From Acidobacteriota bacterium (GTDB taxonomy: Bacteria > Acidobacteriota > UBA6911 > JACQSX01), in assembly GCA_036507075.1 (NCBI GenBank), contig DASXQR010000225.1, positions 1 through 59,497 of the forward strand: DNA of 59,497 nt, given 5' to 3'. Under the pieces are notes generated by a model. The model ran no database searches and had not been told where the DNA came from. It saw only the letters and a program-made list of their open reading frames with translations. The translations under genes and the position numbers were made by a program. Below, one piece after another: positions 30,816 through 41,954 of the stretch (the stretch's first letter is position 1; each line of letters starts with the position of its first letter).

Positions 30816-31727
30816 CTAGAGTCGGGGCGGGCCGAGGCGAAGGCGGGGGACGATTCTTTCAAAGGCACGAAGCATTTCCTGCACGATGCGAGGGATGCGG
30901 TTGGATCGCAGATAGACCCAGCCGGTTTCGCGCATCAGTTGCTCGCCCTGGATGCGCGCGCAGAAGAATTGGCCGCTGCGCAGCTCGCGCGCGACCGCCT
31001 GATACGGGATGATCGTGATCCCCAGCCCGCTGCGCACCATCGCCTTGATGATCTCCACATTCTCGGTATCCATGACGATGCGGGGTTCGATGTGCTCGCG
31101 TATGAAAAACTCGTCCAGCACCCGCCGCGTGTTGGATCCTGCTTCAAACAACACGAAGCTCTGACGCACAAGGTCCTGTGAGGTGATCCTCCTTCTGCGG
31201 GACAGTGGGTGCTTGGCGGCGGCAACCAGCAGCAGTTCTTCTTTAATCACCGGCTGAGTTACCAGGTCCGATTCGTCGACGGGAAGCGTCAGCAGGCCCA
31301 TGTCGACGATCCCGGCGCGGATATTGTCGATGAATTTTTCACTCACGCCCGCCGTGACATTGATCTCGACGTTCGGGTGCAGCCTCCGGAATTCCTTCAG
31401 CAGCAAGGGAAAAACATAAAGGCATACGGTCATGCCTCCCACCAGTTTGAGAGTACCGGTAAGCGCTTCCCGGCTTTCGCTGATCAACGAGACGGTATCC
31501 TTTAGATCCTGCAGAATGCGGTTGCTCATTTGCAGCAGGGCTTCCCCGGCCGGAGTGATACGAAGTTTCTTTCCAATCCGCAAAAAGATAGGCTCGTTGA
31601 GCTCTTTTTCCAGCAGCAGGATCTGACGACTGATCGCCGACTGCGAGATGTGCAGCTTTGCTCCCGCTTTGGTAAACGAGCCGGCGTCGACGACGGCTTT
31701 GAGAATTTCCAGTTGTCTCAGATCCAT
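30816..31727 (-). CDS. LysR-family transcriptional regulator
   Basis: MDLRQLE..GSFTKAG..LHISQSAISRQI..LE HTH plus substrate-binding domain. Confidence 0.93.
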   Translation of the reverse strand: MDLRQLEILKAVVDAGSFTKAGAKLHISQSAISRQILLLEKELNEPIFLRIGKKLRITPAGEALLQMSNRILQDLKDTVSLISESREALTGTLKLVGGMTVCLYVFPLLLKEFRRLHPNVEINVTAGVSEKFIDNIRAGIVDMGLLTLPVDESDLVTQPVIKEELLLVAAAKHPLSRRRRITSQDLVRQSFVLFEAGSNTRRVLDEFFIREHIEPRIVMDTENVEIIKAMVRSGLGITIIPYQAVARELRSGQFFCARIQGEQLMRETGWVYLRSNRIPRIVQEMLRAFERIVPRLRLGPPRL

Positions 31728-31748
31728 CGTCAGGGCGTGAGAAAAAAT

Positions 31749-31918
31749 TGAACCGCCAAGAACGCGAAGAGCGCTAAGAATTGCTTTTTCAGTCCGGCAG
31801 TTCAAATGCTACTGCACTGTACGCGTGACACTTCTTCAGAACTTTCAATTGCTTGCAGACAGCCCGTTTGTTCGGACCCATGATGAGCTTAGTGTTCTTG
31901 GCGTTCTTAGCGGTTCAA
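31749..31918. repeat. Inverted 9-bp-period cassette with ~110-bp spacer
   Basis: TTGAACCGCCAAGAACGCGAAG...CTTGGCGTTCTTAGCGGTTCAA. Confidence 0.78.
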
Positions 31919-31927
31919 GCCCGGCTG

Positions 31928-32986
31928 TCAGACTTTCGCTTCAGACTTTCGACTTTCGACCTGTGGACCTTCGACTCTCAGGCCGGCAGAGCCGACAAAC
32001 TCACACAACTCAATCAGGCGCGTCGAGTAAGCCCATTCGTTGTCATACCAGGCCAGCACTTTGACCGTTCTGCGATCCACCAATCGCGTGAAAGGCGCAT
32101 CGACAATTGAAGATCGCGGATCCTTTAGAAAATCAACCGACACGACGGGATCCTCAGAATAACCCAGGATTCCGCGGAGATTTCCTTCGGCCGCCTTTTT
32201 GAAAGCGGCATTCACCTCTTCCACGGAAGCGTCCTTTTCCAGCACGGCGGTGAAATCGACCAGCGATACATCGGGCGTGGGCACGCGGACGGAAATACCC
32301 GTCAGCCTTCCCTGCAGTTCCGGCAGAACCAGGCCTACTGCTTCCGCAGCGCCGGTACTGGTTGGAATCATTGACAGCGCCCCTGCCCGGGCCCTTCTCA
32401 AGTCCGAATGCGGCAGATCCAGAATACGCTGGTCATTGGTGTAGGAGTGAATGGTGGTCATCAACCCGCTGCGCACGCCGAAGGTTTCCAACAGCACCTT
32501 GGCAAGTGGGGCCAGGCAGTTGGTGGTGCAGCTCGCGTTGGAAATCACATGGTGCTTGCCCGGATCGTATTGTTTTTCGTTCACGCCCAGCACCAATGTC
32601 ATGTCGGCTTTTTTCGCAGGCGCGGAAATCACCACTTTGCGCACGCCGTTTTGCAGGTGGCGCGCCGCCTGGTCCCTGTCCGTGAACAAGCCGGTCGATT
32701 CAATGACCAGTTCGACACCCACGTCCGACCAGGGAATGTTTTCGGGAGCCTTTTCGGCGAACACGCGGATTTTTTTCCCGTCAATCACCAGAGAATCTTT
32801 TTCCGCTAAAACTTCTCCGCGATAGCGGCCGAATATTGAATCATAACGAAACAGGTGTGCCAAAGTGCCGACGGGTGCTATATCGTTGATCGCCACAATG
32901 TCGCAGGCGCTGCCCTTCTCAAGCGCCACCCTCAAGGCAGTCCTCCCGATACGGCCAAAACCGTTGATTCCAACTTTGGTGCTCAT
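31928..32986 (-). CDS. gap: Glyceraldehyde-3-phosphate dehydrogenase type I
   Basis: GINGFGRIGR, SNASCTTNCL, AWYDNEW. Confidence 0.97.
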   Translation of the reverse strand: MSTKVGINGFGRIGRTALRVALEKGSACDIVAINDIAPVGTLAHLFRYDSIFGRYRGEVLAEKDSLVIDGKKIRVFAEKAPENIPWSDVGVELVIESTGLFTDRDQAARHLQNGVRKVVISAPAKKADMTLVLGVNEKQYDPGKHHVISNASCTTNCLAPLAKVLLETFGVRSGLMTTIHSYTNDQRILDLPHSDLRRARAGALSMIPTSTGAAEAVGLVLPELQGRLTGISVRVPTPDVSLVDFTAVLEKDASVEEVNAAFKKAAEGNLRGILGYSEDPVVSVDFLKDPRSSIVDAPFTRLVDRRTVKVLAWYDNEWAYSTRLIELCEFVGSAGLRVEGPQVESRKSEAKV

Positions 32987-33065
32987 TTGCTTCCCCTCCA
33001 CCAGAGATTGCCGAGTTTAACGGAAACAGCGCAATTCACAGGGTATTCAATTTTGATTCTGAATT

Positions 33066-33107
33066 CACAACCCACTCGCAACCCGCAACCCGGAAACCCG
33101 AAACCCG
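33066..33107 (+). repeat. Heptamer tract (AACCCG[CG]-like)
   Basis: Related tracts at 39113-39131 and 40920-41155. Confidence 0.6.
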
Positions 33108-33154
33108 TGGACACGCCCTCCCCGGGGACACAGTCAGATTCGTGCGAATTCACG

Positions 33155-33184
33155 TTGACAAAGCGTCATCATACGCAGCAAAAT
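33155..33184 (+). promoter_or_regulatory. Candidate sigma-70 promoter for the DeoR gene
   Basis: TTGACA-N18-CAAAAT. Confidence 0.45.
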
Positions 33185-33197
33185 CGACCCATTCAAG

Positions 33198-33998
33198 ATG
33201 AAAAGGGCACAATCCAGAAAAATCAAGCAGACACCGGAAAACGGACTCTTCGCGGACGAAAGGCGCCAGAAAATTCTTTCCATCCTGGAATCGGACAACC
33301 GTGTGGAAGTGGAGGATTTGAGCCGCCGCCTGCGCGTGAGCATGGATACCATCAGGCGCGATCTGCGACAGCTTGACGCCCGCCAGTTGCTCCTTCGCAC
33401 TCACGGTGGAGCCATCAAGCGTCTGGCTCCATCGCTTCCTTATGAAGTGCGGCAGGAGCTTTCTTCTTCCGCCAAAGACTCGATCGGCAAGCTGGCAGCC
33501 ACGCTGGTTGAGGAAGGCGACGCCATTATCATCGGCAGCGGGACAACGACTTACGCCCTGGCGCGCTCGCTTACGGTGAATCGCGCCACGGTCATCACAA
33601 ACAGCCTGGACGCGGCCATGGTGCTGGCCACCCGCTCCGACATTGCGCTGCGACTGACCGGCGGCCGCTGGAATCCGCGCCTGCACGAGCTCACCGGCCA
33701 TGAAGCCGTGGAAGCAATTTCGCGTTACCGCGTGCGGAAGCTTTTTCTCGGAGCAAGCGGTCTTTCGGCAAAACATGGCTTAACCTGTTCTGATCCGGAC
33801 GAATCGCTGCTGTTCCAGGCCATGATTGCGTCTTCGCAGGAAGTGGTGGTGCTGGCGGATTCAAGCAAGCTGGGGGAAATCGGCTATGCATGGGTGGCGC
33901 CGTTGAAAGCAATTCACTATCTGGTGACAGACAGCAGAGCGGATATCGACGAATTTCAAAACAGCGGCATTCGAATTCTGCAAACGAAGGATGAGTAG
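33198..33998 (+). CDS. DeoR/GlpR-family regulator
   Basis: ERRQKIL..VSMDTIRRDL..RTHGGA, GSGTTT, VITNS, LADSSK. Confidence 0.93.
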   Translation: MKRAQSRKIKQTPENGLFADERRQKILSILESDNRVEVEDLSRRLRVSMDTIRRDLRQLDARQLLLRTHGGAIKRLAPSLPYEVRQELSSSAKDSIGKLAATLVEEGDAIIIGSGTTTYALARSLTVNRATVITNSLDAAMVLATRSDIALRLTGGRWNPRLHELTGHEAVEAISRYRVRKLFLGASGLSAKHGLTCSDPDESLLFQAMIASSQEVVVLADSSKLGEIGYAWVAPLKAIHYLVTDSRADIDEFQNSGIRILQTKDE

Positions 33999-34000
33999 TG

Positions 34001-34235
34001 CACCACAAAGGCACAGAGGACACAATCAAAGCCGTCGACGTTCACGAGCACGTGCACGTCAACGTCCACGATTACGTTTAAGACTTCGCTCGGTTCGTCA
34101 CAGATCGCGCAAGTGGGGTCTGTTGTTTGTGGTCGTGTTCGTAGACGTAAGACGTGGTCATTGACGTGCACGTGCTCGTGAACGTCGACGGCCTTTTGGG
34201 TTGCGGCCTACGACTGGGCTGTGCCTTTGTGGTGC
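34001..34235. repeat. Nested cassette: 9-bp-period arms enclosing a hexamer palindromic cassette
   Basis: CACCACAAAGGCACAG...CTGTGCCTTTGTGGTG outside; CCGTCGACGTTCACGAGCACGTGCACGTCAA inverted repeat inside. Confidence 0.8.
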
Positions 34236-34273
34236 AAAAGTTCTTAGATCGGATCGAGAGCAAATAGCGAGAT

Positions 34274-35437
34274 ATGCCGATGCGAATTGGAATCCTGACT
34301 GGTGGAGGCGACGTTCCCGGATTGAATCCCTGCATTAAGGCCGTCGTGACTCGCGCAGAAGAGAACGGCTGGGAAGTAATGGGAATCAAGCGCGGGTGGG
34401 GAGGTCTTCTCAATTACAACATCAATGCCGAAGAGTCGGACAGACGGCAATGGATTGAGAAACTGACCTATCTTGATGTGCGCACCATCGATCGATTCGG
34501 CGGGACTCACCTTCACAGTTCGCGCACCAACCCCGCAAAAGTGAAGCCATCGGCAATGCCGGACTTCTTGAAATCACGCTTTCCGTCTGACGGCGATAAA
34601 ACACAGGATTGCACTCCCCATGTGCTCGAGGTTCTGAATCATTTAAAGATCGACACACTGATCCCGATCGGCGGCGACGACACTCTTTCTTACGCCGCCA
34701 GGCTTCATCAGGAAGGCTGCCGGGTTGTGGCCATTCCCAAGACGATGGATAACGATGTCTTCGGCACCGATTACTGCATCGGCTTCAGCACCGCGGTCAC
34801 GCGCAGCGTCGATTGCATTCATGGTCTGCGTACTCCCACAGGTTCTCACGAACGAATTGCGGTGATCGAGTTGTTCGGCCGCAACAGCGGCGAAACCGCG
34901 CTCATTTCCGGCTACCTGGCTGACGTTGACCGGGTGCTGATCAGCGAGGTCCCGTTTAATATGGAAAAACTGGCGCGGCTGATCGTCCAGGATCGCAATC
35001 GAAATCCCAGCCATTACGCAATGATAGTCGTCAGCGAAGGGGCCACAATTGCCGGCGGCCACATCCAGGAGCATGGCGAAGCGGATGCTTACGGCCACAA
35101 AAAGCTGGGCGGGATCGGCAATATGGTGGGCGACGCTTTGAAAAGGTTGACCGGCGTCGAGATCGTGGGCCAGCAACCGGCTTATCTGATGCGATCCGGT
35201 CCCCCTGACTCACTCGACCGCATGGTGGCCATCTGTTATGCAAATCTGGCTGTTCAAGAGCTTGCTTCCGGACAGTCCGGCAAAATGGTGGCCCTGCAGC
35301 GAGGCGTATATACCACCGTTCCGGTCGACACCTGCACTCAAAGTCTGAAGCGGGTCGATGTCAATGAATTGTATGACACTGATCAGTACCGCCCCAAAGT
35401 GAAGCAGGTGCTGGGCAAGCCGATGTTTCTGTATTGA
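34274..35437 (+). CDS. 6-phosphofructokinase (PfkA family, probably PPi-dependent)
   Basis: [29 protein letters not shown]. Confidence 0.92.
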   Translation: MPMRIGILTGGGDVPGLNPCIKAVVTRAEENGWEVMGIKRGWGGLLNYNINAEESDRRQWIEKLTYLDVRTIDRFGGTHLHSSRTNPAKVKPSAMPDFLKSRFPSDGDKTQDCTPHVLEVLNHLKIDTLIPIGGDDTLSYAARLHQEGCRVVAIPKTMDNDVFGTDYCIGFSTAVTRSVDCIHGLRTPTGSHERIAVIELFGRNSGETALISGYLADVDRVLISEVPFNMEKLARLIVQDRNRNPSHYAMIVVSEGATIAGGHIQEHGEADAYGHKKLGGIGNMVGDALKRLTGVEIVGQQPAYLMRSGPPDSLDRMVAICYANLAVQELASGQSGKMVALQRGVYTTVPVDTCTQSLKRVDVNELYDTDQYRPKVKQVLGKPMFLY

Positions 35438-35615
35438 TTCCGCGCTTTCGCGTCTTCGCGGTTCCGGCTTTTTTTGGTTTTTTCACTGGTGCGCCCGGTG
35501 AAGGACAAAGCCCTTGAAGAGGTCCCGCAAATCGTCTAACCTGAATATTCTGGGATCAGCACTTTTCCTCATTATGCAGTTGCCGCGCACACCTGATCCC
35601 GCTCTTGGAGGGATC

Positions 35616-36923
35616 ATGTCCAAAGTAAATCGCAGAGATTTTGTGAAGACCGCAGTCAGCGCCGGAGTTGCCGCGAGCGCAGTCGCGACTGCCAGCCATC
35701 CCATTTTAGGAGCCAATGATCGTATTAATCTGGCGGTTATCGGAGTAGGGGGTCGGGGCAATGCCCTTCTGAGCCAGGCGCTGGATCTTTCCGGCAAGAC
35801 CGGAAAATTGCAGATTCTCGCCGTCAGTGACGTTTATGAGAAGCGCAAGAACGTGGCCGCCGGCCGGGCCAATGCGAAAGGGTATTTGAACTACCGTGAG
35901 ATAGTGGAGCGGCCCGACATCGATGCCGTAATCATCGCCACACCCGACCACTGGCATTCCGCCATCGCCATTGAAGCCCTGAAAAAAGGCAAAGATGTTT
36001 ATCTGGAAAAACCGTTCACCCATACCATCGATGAAGCCAAGGCGGTGCACAAGGCTGTCGTGGAAACCGGACGGGTACTGCAGGTCGGCTCCCAGACCAC
36101 TTCCAGCGACCAGTGGTGGAAGGCGCGCAAAGCACTTCAGGACGGGATGATCGGAAAGCTGATCATGAGCCAGGGCTCTTACCATCGCAATTCGATCGAG
36201 GGCGAGTGGAATTGGAGAATCGATCCGGCTGCGGGCCCGGAAGCAAAGGGGGACGATTACATCGACTGGAACACATGGCTCGGACCGGCGCCCAAACGGT
36301 CGTACAACGCGGACCGGTTCTTCCGCTTCCGCAAGTACTGGGACTACTCGGGCGGCATCGCCACGGATCTGTTCTACCACGTGGTGGCGCCTCTGCAGAT
36401 CTGCTGGGGAGAGCCTCAATTCCCGCTGCGCGTGACTGCTTCAGGTGGAACCTACGTGTTCAAAGACGAGCGCGAAGTTCCCGACACCTTCCACATGATC
36501 GCGGAATTTCCCTCCGAGCACAGCCTGGTGCTGTCGTCATCGATGGCCAATGAAACGCACATTCCGGGACTGATTCGCGGCCACGAAGGCACGATCATGA
36601 TCGTGCCGCAGGGACAGTTCGAAGGAAGAGTGGACAATATCACCGTCACGCCGAGCAGGATCGCACGCAAGAAGTTTTTCGAAAAGTACGGCACAGAGCA
36701 GGTAGTGATTCCCACCGAAGAACGGGAAGCAACTTACCACATGAACAACTGGCTGGAATGCCTTCGCAGCCGGCAAAAACCAACGCTGGACTCAAACACG
36801 GCCTATCATGCCCAGGTGGTCATCTCCATGGCGGTGCAATCATACCGCCGCGGAAAGGTGCTCTATTTCGACCCCCGCACCGAAAGCATCGTGGAAACTC
36901 CGCCCGATCTGGCGAAGGTTTGA
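35616..36923 (+). CDS. Tat-exported Gfo/Idh/MocA oxidoreductase
   Basis: NRRDF Tat motif, [20 protein letters not shown]. Confidence 0.92.
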   Translation: MSKVNRRDFVKTAVSAGVAASAVATASHPILGANDRINLAVIGVGGRGNALLSQALDLSGKTGKLQILAVSDVYEKRKNVAAGRANAKGYLNYREIVERPDIDAVIIATPDHWHSAIAIEALKKGKDVYLEKPFTHTIDEAKAVHKAVVETGRVLQVGSQTTSSDQWWKARKALQDGMIGKLIMSQGSYHRNSIEGEWNWRIDPAAGPEAKGDDYIDWNTWLGPAPKRSYNADRFFRFRKYWDYSGGIATDLFYHVVAPLQICWGEPQFPLRVTASGGTYVFKDEREVPDTFHMIAEFPSEHSLVLSSSMANETHIPGLIRGHEGTIMIVPQGQFEGRVDNITVTPSRIARKKFFEKYGTEQVVIPTEEREATYHMNNWLECLRSRQKPTLDSNTAYHAQVVISMAVQSYRRGKVLYFDPRTESIVETPPDLAKV

Positions 36924-36930
36924 CGGGATA

Positions 36931-37063
36931 GTTTGCCACGAAGCCACGAAGGCACGAAGAATCGCTATTGAGTTAGAAGTGTCGCTTCTCCTGCCAACTG
37001 GATCTAATTATAAGAAGTGTCACTTCAAACTCAATAGCGACCCTTCGTGCCTTCGTGGCAAAC
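36931..37063. repeat. Palindromic MITE-like element (9-bp-period arms plus internal inverted repeat)
   Basis: GTTTGCCACGAAG..GCTATTGAGTTAGAAGTG / CACTTCAAACTCAATAGC..CTTCGTGGCAAAC; half copy at 39143-39217. Confidence 0.8.
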
Positions 37064-37068
37064 CGTTT

Positions 37069-38424
37069 TCAATCATGCCTTAACGCCTTGATCGGGTCGA
37101 CGTGCGCGGCGCGGGCGGCGGGATAACTGCCTGCGGCCAAGCTGACCAGAATCGAAAACACCACACCGGCGACGATCAGCCACCATGGAATGGAAAACAA
37201 ATCGCCGGGATTCCCTCCCTGGCGCTGAATGTAGATATTGGCGCCAAAATTGATCACTCTCCCAACCATCCATCCCAGCGCGATTCCTGAAACGCCGCCC
37301 ATCATGCCGATAACCGAAGACTCAACCAGAAAGATCATGCGGATGTCTCCTTCTCCGCCGCCAATGGCTTTCATGACGCCGATTTCACGCGTCCGCTCCA
37401 GAATGGACATCACCATGGTATTGACGATTCCCAACGATGCCACCGCCAGGGCGATTGAACCGATCACCCCAAGGATAATGTCCAGCACAATAAAGGCCCT
37501 CTTGGCGCCCTGCAGCGCATCATTGAAAGAGAAAGCGTTGAACCCCATCTCCTTTATCTTTTTTTCCACGTCATCGGTGTCCCGCGGATGGGCCACTCGA
37601 ATCGTCACCGAAGAATAAGCAGGCCTTTTGGAGAGCTGCCGCAACATGCCCTGCGGATTAGACACATCGACGGCTCCTATCTCCCTGGCCTTGCCCAGCG
37701 GAATCATCACAGAAGAAAAAATACCGCCGCCAAAGCCGGGTCCCGGCTCGCGATCGACGATTCCAATCACCCTGAATTTGCGCTCCACCCGCTGCAAGCT
37801 CATGCCCCCCAGTATGTCTCCAAACATTCCCGCGCCGGCCTGCCCCGTGGTGGCATATCCCAACGTCACTTCCTTGCCGATCAAATGTGCCGCCTTGCGC
37901 TCGGGCAGGCGGTTGGCCATTTCCAGGCTAAGCATGCAATCGTCTCCGCTTTGATTGGAAAAGAAGGACCCATAGGTAATGGTCTGAAATACGCCCTCGC
38001 CGCGCGACGACATGGGAACACCCATCGCCACAGAGAAGTCAGAGAAGTCTTTGTATTTCAGTTCTACCGGAATGCGCACGTTGGGATAAATCTCGCGCAC
38101 ATTTGGAATGGAATTCATATTTTTCACGGCAGTGTCGTCCAGAGGCGGCGCCGGTTTGTCGGTTCTTGAGTTCTCATTCTGCGGGTTGGCCCTTCGGGCC
38201 CTCAAAACATTGCGGGCGGGCTGCCGCTGGAACACGGTGATGGAATCGAACATTCCCGATTTCATGAATCGGCCCACCGTCTGCTCCTGCAGCCCGACTC
38301 CCAGCGATACCATGCTCACCAGCGATCCGATTCCAATTGCAACACCGAGCGTGGTCAGGGCGGTGCGCAATTTCGCTTCCTTCAAGTTCCGCAGTGCGAG
38401 TTGCAGCGTGTCGCTAAAAATCAT
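37069..38424 (-). CDS. ABC transporter permease (MacB/FtsX type)
   Basis: LRTALTTLGVAIGI, NTMVMSILERTREIGVMKAIG, YPAARAA..DPIKALR. Confidence 0.93.
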   Translation of the reverse strand: MIFSDTLQLALRNLKEAKLRTALTTLGVAIGIGSLVSMVSLGVGLQEQTVGRFMKSGMFDSITVFQRQPARNVLRARRANPQNENSRTDKPAPPLDDTAVKNMNSIPNVREIYPNVRIPVELKYKDFSDFSVAMGVPMSSRGEGVFQTITYGSFFSNQSGDDCMLSLEMANRLPERKAAHLIGKEVTLGYATTGQAGAGMFGDILGGMSLQRVERKFRVIGIVDREPGPGFGGGIFSSVMIPLGKAREIGAVDVSNPQGMLRQLSKRPAYSSVTIRVAHPRDTDDVEKKIKEMGFNAFSFNDALQGAKRAFIVLDIILGVIGSIALAVASLGIVNTMVMSILERTREIGVMKAIGGGEGDIRMIFLVESSVIGMMGGVSGIALGWMVGRVINFGANIYIQRQGGNPGDLFSIPWWLIVAGVVFSILVSLAAGSYPAARAAHVDPIKALRHD

Positions 38425-39107
38425 TGAGCCACCGAGTCAATGACTTTTCCGTCCAGCAGGGTAATAACCCGGCCGGTGTAGTGCGAGGCAAGCGCTTGAT
38501 CATGCGTTACCATGACCACCGTTTTGCCATGCGCCGTTTGAAGCTCCTGAAGCAGTTCGAGAATACCGCGCGCAGTCTTGCTGTCCAGATTCCCCGTCGG
38601 CTCATCAGCCAGCAATACGGAAGGACTGTTGGCCAGGGCGCGGGCAATGGACACGCGCTGCTGCTCGCCGCCGGACAACTGGTTTGGCTTGTGCAACTGG
38701 CGCCCCGACAGGCCTACGGAGGCCAGCAGCTCTTCCGCGCGCCGCTCGCGCTCCTGCCTGGCGACTGCGGCAAACATCAGCGGCAGCGTCACATTGTCGC
38801 GGGCCGTCATGGTGGGGATCAGATTGAAGGACTGGAAAATCATGCCCACGTTGCGGCGGCGATGCAGCGCCAGTTCCTGGCGCGACATATCCGCCAGACT
38901 ACGATCGAAAATCTTCAGATCGCCGCCGGTGGGCCGGTCCAGTCCTGCTATCAGATTCAGCAGCGTGGATTTACCAGAACCGGACGTGCCGAGCAGCCCC
39001 ACAAATTCGCCTTCGTTCACGGTAAAAGAAACACCATCCAACGCGCGCACGGTGCTTTCTCCCATGGCGTAATGGCGGTGCAGGTTGCTGGCTTCGATGA
39101 TCGGCAT
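38421..39107 (-). CDS. ABC transporter ATP-binding protein (LolD/MacB type)
   Basis: GTSGSGKST, LSGGEQQR, LLADEPTGNLD. Confidence 0.94.
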   Translation of the reverse strand: MPIIEASNLHRHYAMGESTVRALDGVSFTVNEGEFVGLLGTSGSGKSTLLNLIAGLDRPTGGDLKIFDRSLADMSRQELALHRRRNVGMIFQSFNLIPTMTARDNVTLPLMFAAVARQERERRAEELLASVGLSGRQLHKPNQLSGGEQQRVSIARALANSPSVLLADEPTGNLDSKTARGILELLQELQTAHGKTVVMVTHDQALASHYTGRVITLLDGKVIDSVAQ

Positions 39108-39216
39108 GCCTTCGGGTTTCGGGTTTTCGGACCCTCCGCGGGTAGTTTGCCACGAAGGCACGAAGACACGAAGGACAACCATTGAGTTAGAAGTGTCACT
39201 TCTCCGACAACCTGGA

Positions 39217-40911
39217 TTACCGGCACGCCGGAGTGTCGGGCACTTTGCCATCCAGCAACTGAGAGGCAATACATGCCCAGGCGGCAGCCAGCCCTGATGC
39301 GGCCGAATTGGTTTCGTGATAGTGATCGGTCACTCCCGCCGCCTTGCACGCGTCCTGCGCGCGGCGCAGTCCCCGGGCCGGATCGGGAACGGGAGACATG
39401 AAGTCGTAGCCCGGGACAATGTAACCGAATTCGTCCGGACACAGACCGAGCACAAGCTTGTATTTCCCGCTCATCCGGTCCCTGACACTCGGCTCGGCAG
39501 GCCTTCCCGTATCCGCCTGCGGGCAATCAGTGCGGCGATATTTTTCCACGCCGTAGAAGACTTCGGGAAAGAGCTCGCCCGGTGTGGTGATCATCTGTGC
39601 GTCTCCCAGAGTGATGACGTAAACCGTAGTCTCAATTTCAGGCGGCTTGCCCTGCGCCGGCATCGGCGCTGTATCCAGCACTCCCTTGCTCATCAGATAC
39701 AGATAGCCCTGGTTGTCCATGGGAAGCCGAAGCGGCGCCTTGCGCATCTCCAAAGCGGCGCTCGCGCTCCATTCCGCCTTCTCCAGCGCATCGAAAGCCG
39801 CGCGAGCGATGTCTCTTCCGATCGCTTCGGTGCGCTCGAAAGTAAAGGCCGGCCGGTTGCCGGCGTTCAGCGGATAGTCCCTGCCGTCAAAGCGAATCCG
39901 ATCGCCTCGCTTGTTGTTCGTGTCGCCGATGATCTCCACCGCGCCGATATCTCCGCTGATGTAGATCGCAATACCCCCGAATTTCTTTTCCACGCTTTCA
40001 CGCACCGCGTGGGGAAAGTCCGAGGTAATGATGGTGTTTGCGCTTTCCATTGATTCCGGGTGCGTGTTCCAATTGATGACTGTGGCGATGGCCTTGTTTC
40101 GCCGCGGCCCGCTGGTCCCGACAAACTGCATCGCGCGCAGCTCTTCGTCAAAGAACTTGGGCGGGCGGCCTCCGGTGCGCGTTTGCATTCCGGCAATGGA
40201 TGGCGAGAGATCCGGATCGGTCCTGCCAAGCTTGATGCGCGCCGGAACAACGGCCCGGGCGGCCCGATCGACGGCCCTGGCAATCTGGCGATCCACGAAT
40301 TTGAGATACCGCGGATACTTGCCGTCGCTGGAATTGTCTGCGCCCCAGGGACCGATTGTATCCGGACCCTCATGGTTGTGTGTGCTTGTGATTAAGACCT
40401 CGCTCACTCCGGATTTCGGGTTGAGCAGTTTCTTAATCTCGCTGCCCCCGTAATAATTCGCCTTTGAGTAGTAGCCGAGAAAGTCTACAGAAACGATGGC
40501 GATCTTCTGGTCCTGCCATTGCAGGACAACCGCGCGGGCCCAGTAGTCATCGTGTTTTCCCGTGGCAAGGCGATTGTTCCCGAATCCAGCCAGGTAGATG
40601 CCGTCATACTTTCCCCTGGAACTCGGATCCAGAGCGTCATTGCCAGGATCGTCCTCGAATGCCTCGCCCTTGTCCCAGCGTCCGCTGCCGTTCGCGTCGG
40701 TGAACTTTTCTCCCCACACGCCCGATTCTGTCACTCCACCGTCCCATTCAGGATTATGGCCGAACGGAGTAATTGCGACCGCCGAAGCCCCGACCTTCAG
40801 CACCGGAGCACTGGAGGAATCCGACTCAAGCGATCCTGCAAGGCAGCAGAGCAGTGTGGCCGCGGCAAGAATCACGCTCCTGAATGTCAGTGGGGAAAGG
40901 TCATTGGTCAT
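39217..40911 (-). CDS. Secreted protein, neutral/alkaline ceramidase-like hydrolase
   Basis: Signal-like region, [35 protein letters not shown]. Confidence 0.7.
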   Translation of the reverse strand: MTNDLSPLTFRSVILAAATLLCCLAGSLESDSSSAPVLKVGASAVAITPFGHNPEWDGGVTESGVWGEKFTDANGSGRWDKGEAFEDDPGNDALDPSSRGKYDGIYLAGFGNNRLATGKHDDYWARAVVLQWQDQKIAIVSVDFLGYYSKANYYGGSEIKKLLNPKSGVSEVLITSTHNHEGPDTIGPWGADNSSDGKYPRYLKFVDRQIARAVDRAARAVVPARIKLGRTDPDLSPSIAGMQTRTGGRPPKFFDEELRAMQFVGTSGPRRNKAIATVINWNTHPESMESANTIITSDFPHAVRESVEKKFGGIAIYISGDIGAVEIIGDTNNKRGDRIRFDGRDYPLNAGNRPAFTFERTEAIGRDIARAAFDALEKAEWSASAALEMRKAPLRLPMDNQGYLYLMSKGVLDTAPMPAQGKPPEIETTVYVITLGDAQMITTPGELFPEVFYGVEKYRRTDCPQADTGRPAEPSVRDRMSGKYKLVLGLCPDEFGYIVPGYDFMSPVPDPARGLRRAQDACKAAGVTDHYHETNSAASGLAAAWACIASQLLDGKVPDTPACR

Positions 40912-40919
40912 CGTTATAG

Positions 40920-41155
40920 TTACGGGTTCCGGGTTTCCAGTTTCGGGTTCCGAGTTGGGAGTTCCGGGTTTCGTGTTGGGAGTGCTGAATTTCCATTTCT
41001 AACCAGCACGCCCGGAAACGGCCCTTTCGCCGCAGAGGCCCCAAGGCCGCCGGGAGACAGAGGCCTCAGCGAACCTTTGCGTGTTCGGCGGCTCTGTGGT
41101 GAAGCCTTAGAGGCACCAAAAAACCCGTAACTCGAAAACCCGTAACTCGTAACTC
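40920..41155. repeat. Heptamer inverted arms (TTTCGGG/AACCCGT type) enclosing a 9-bp-period cassette (41026-41103)
   Basis: GTTACGGGTT... versus ...AACCCGTAAC. Confidence 0.7.
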
Positions 41156-41183
41156 CAACGAATGGCGGATCTTGCTTGCTCCG

Positions 41184-41954
41184 TCACTTCATGTTCCGGA
41201 ACTGATAGCCCACGCCACGCACGGTTAAAAGGCGGCGGGGTTTGGATGGCTCCTCTTCAATGTATTTCCGAAGTCGCGCAATGAAATTATCAATGGCCCG
41301 CGTATCGGTATCTTCCCGCAGCCCCCAGATGTCCTCCAGCATTGCCTTCCTGGAGACCACTTTTCCTTCGTGGCGGATCAAATAGCGCAGCAGCTCCGTT
41401 TCCATCAATGTGAGGCGGATGGTCTGACCAGCAGTGTGGAGTTCAAGCGCTCCAAAGTCGATGGTTTTCCCATCGAAGGAAAAAATGTCCTCCCCGTGGC
41501 GCTCGCTTGGGGTCGTGCTTTGACCGCCAACGGGCGGCGTTGTCTGAGGATTGACACCAAGAGCTTCGCGCCGGCCCTGCGCCCAGCTATGCCGGCGCAG
41601 CAGGCCGCGCAATCGCGCCAGCAGAATTTCCAGTTCAAAGGGCTTGGGAAGGTAATCGTCCGCGCCGGCTTCAAAGCCGCGCAGCACGTCTTCCGAGCGC
41701 CCTCTTGCCGTCAGCATCAGCACCGGCAGAAACTGACCGTCGCGCCTCAGCTCGGAAACAACCTCAAATCCATCCTTGCCGGGAAGCATGACGTCCAGCA
41801 CCACGGCATCATAACGCCGTGGTTCGGCCTTGAGCAGGTCCAGAGCGGTCTCGCCATCGGCGGTCAGGTCCACTTTGTAACCCTCCGCTTCCAGATTGAA
41901 GCGCAATCCGTCGGCAAGGTGTTTTTCATCTTCCACAATCAGCAGCGTGCTCAT
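41184..41954 (-). CDS. OmpR/PhoB-family response regulator
   Basis: LIVEDE, LDVMLP, GADDYLPKPF, winged helix TVRGVGY. Confidence 0.94.
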   Translation of the reverse strand: MSTLLIVEDEKHLADGLRFNLEAEGYKVDLTADGETALDLLKAEPRRYDAVVLDVMLPGKDGFEVVSELRRDGQFLPVLMLTARGRSEDVLRGFEAGADDYLPKPFELEILLARLRGLLRRHSWAQGRREALGVNPQTTPPVGGQSTTPSERHGEDIFSFDGKTIDFGALELHTAGQTIRLTLMETELLRYLIRHEGKVVSRKAMLEDIWGLREDTDTRAIDNFIARLRKYIEEEPSKPRRLLTVRGVGYQFRNMK

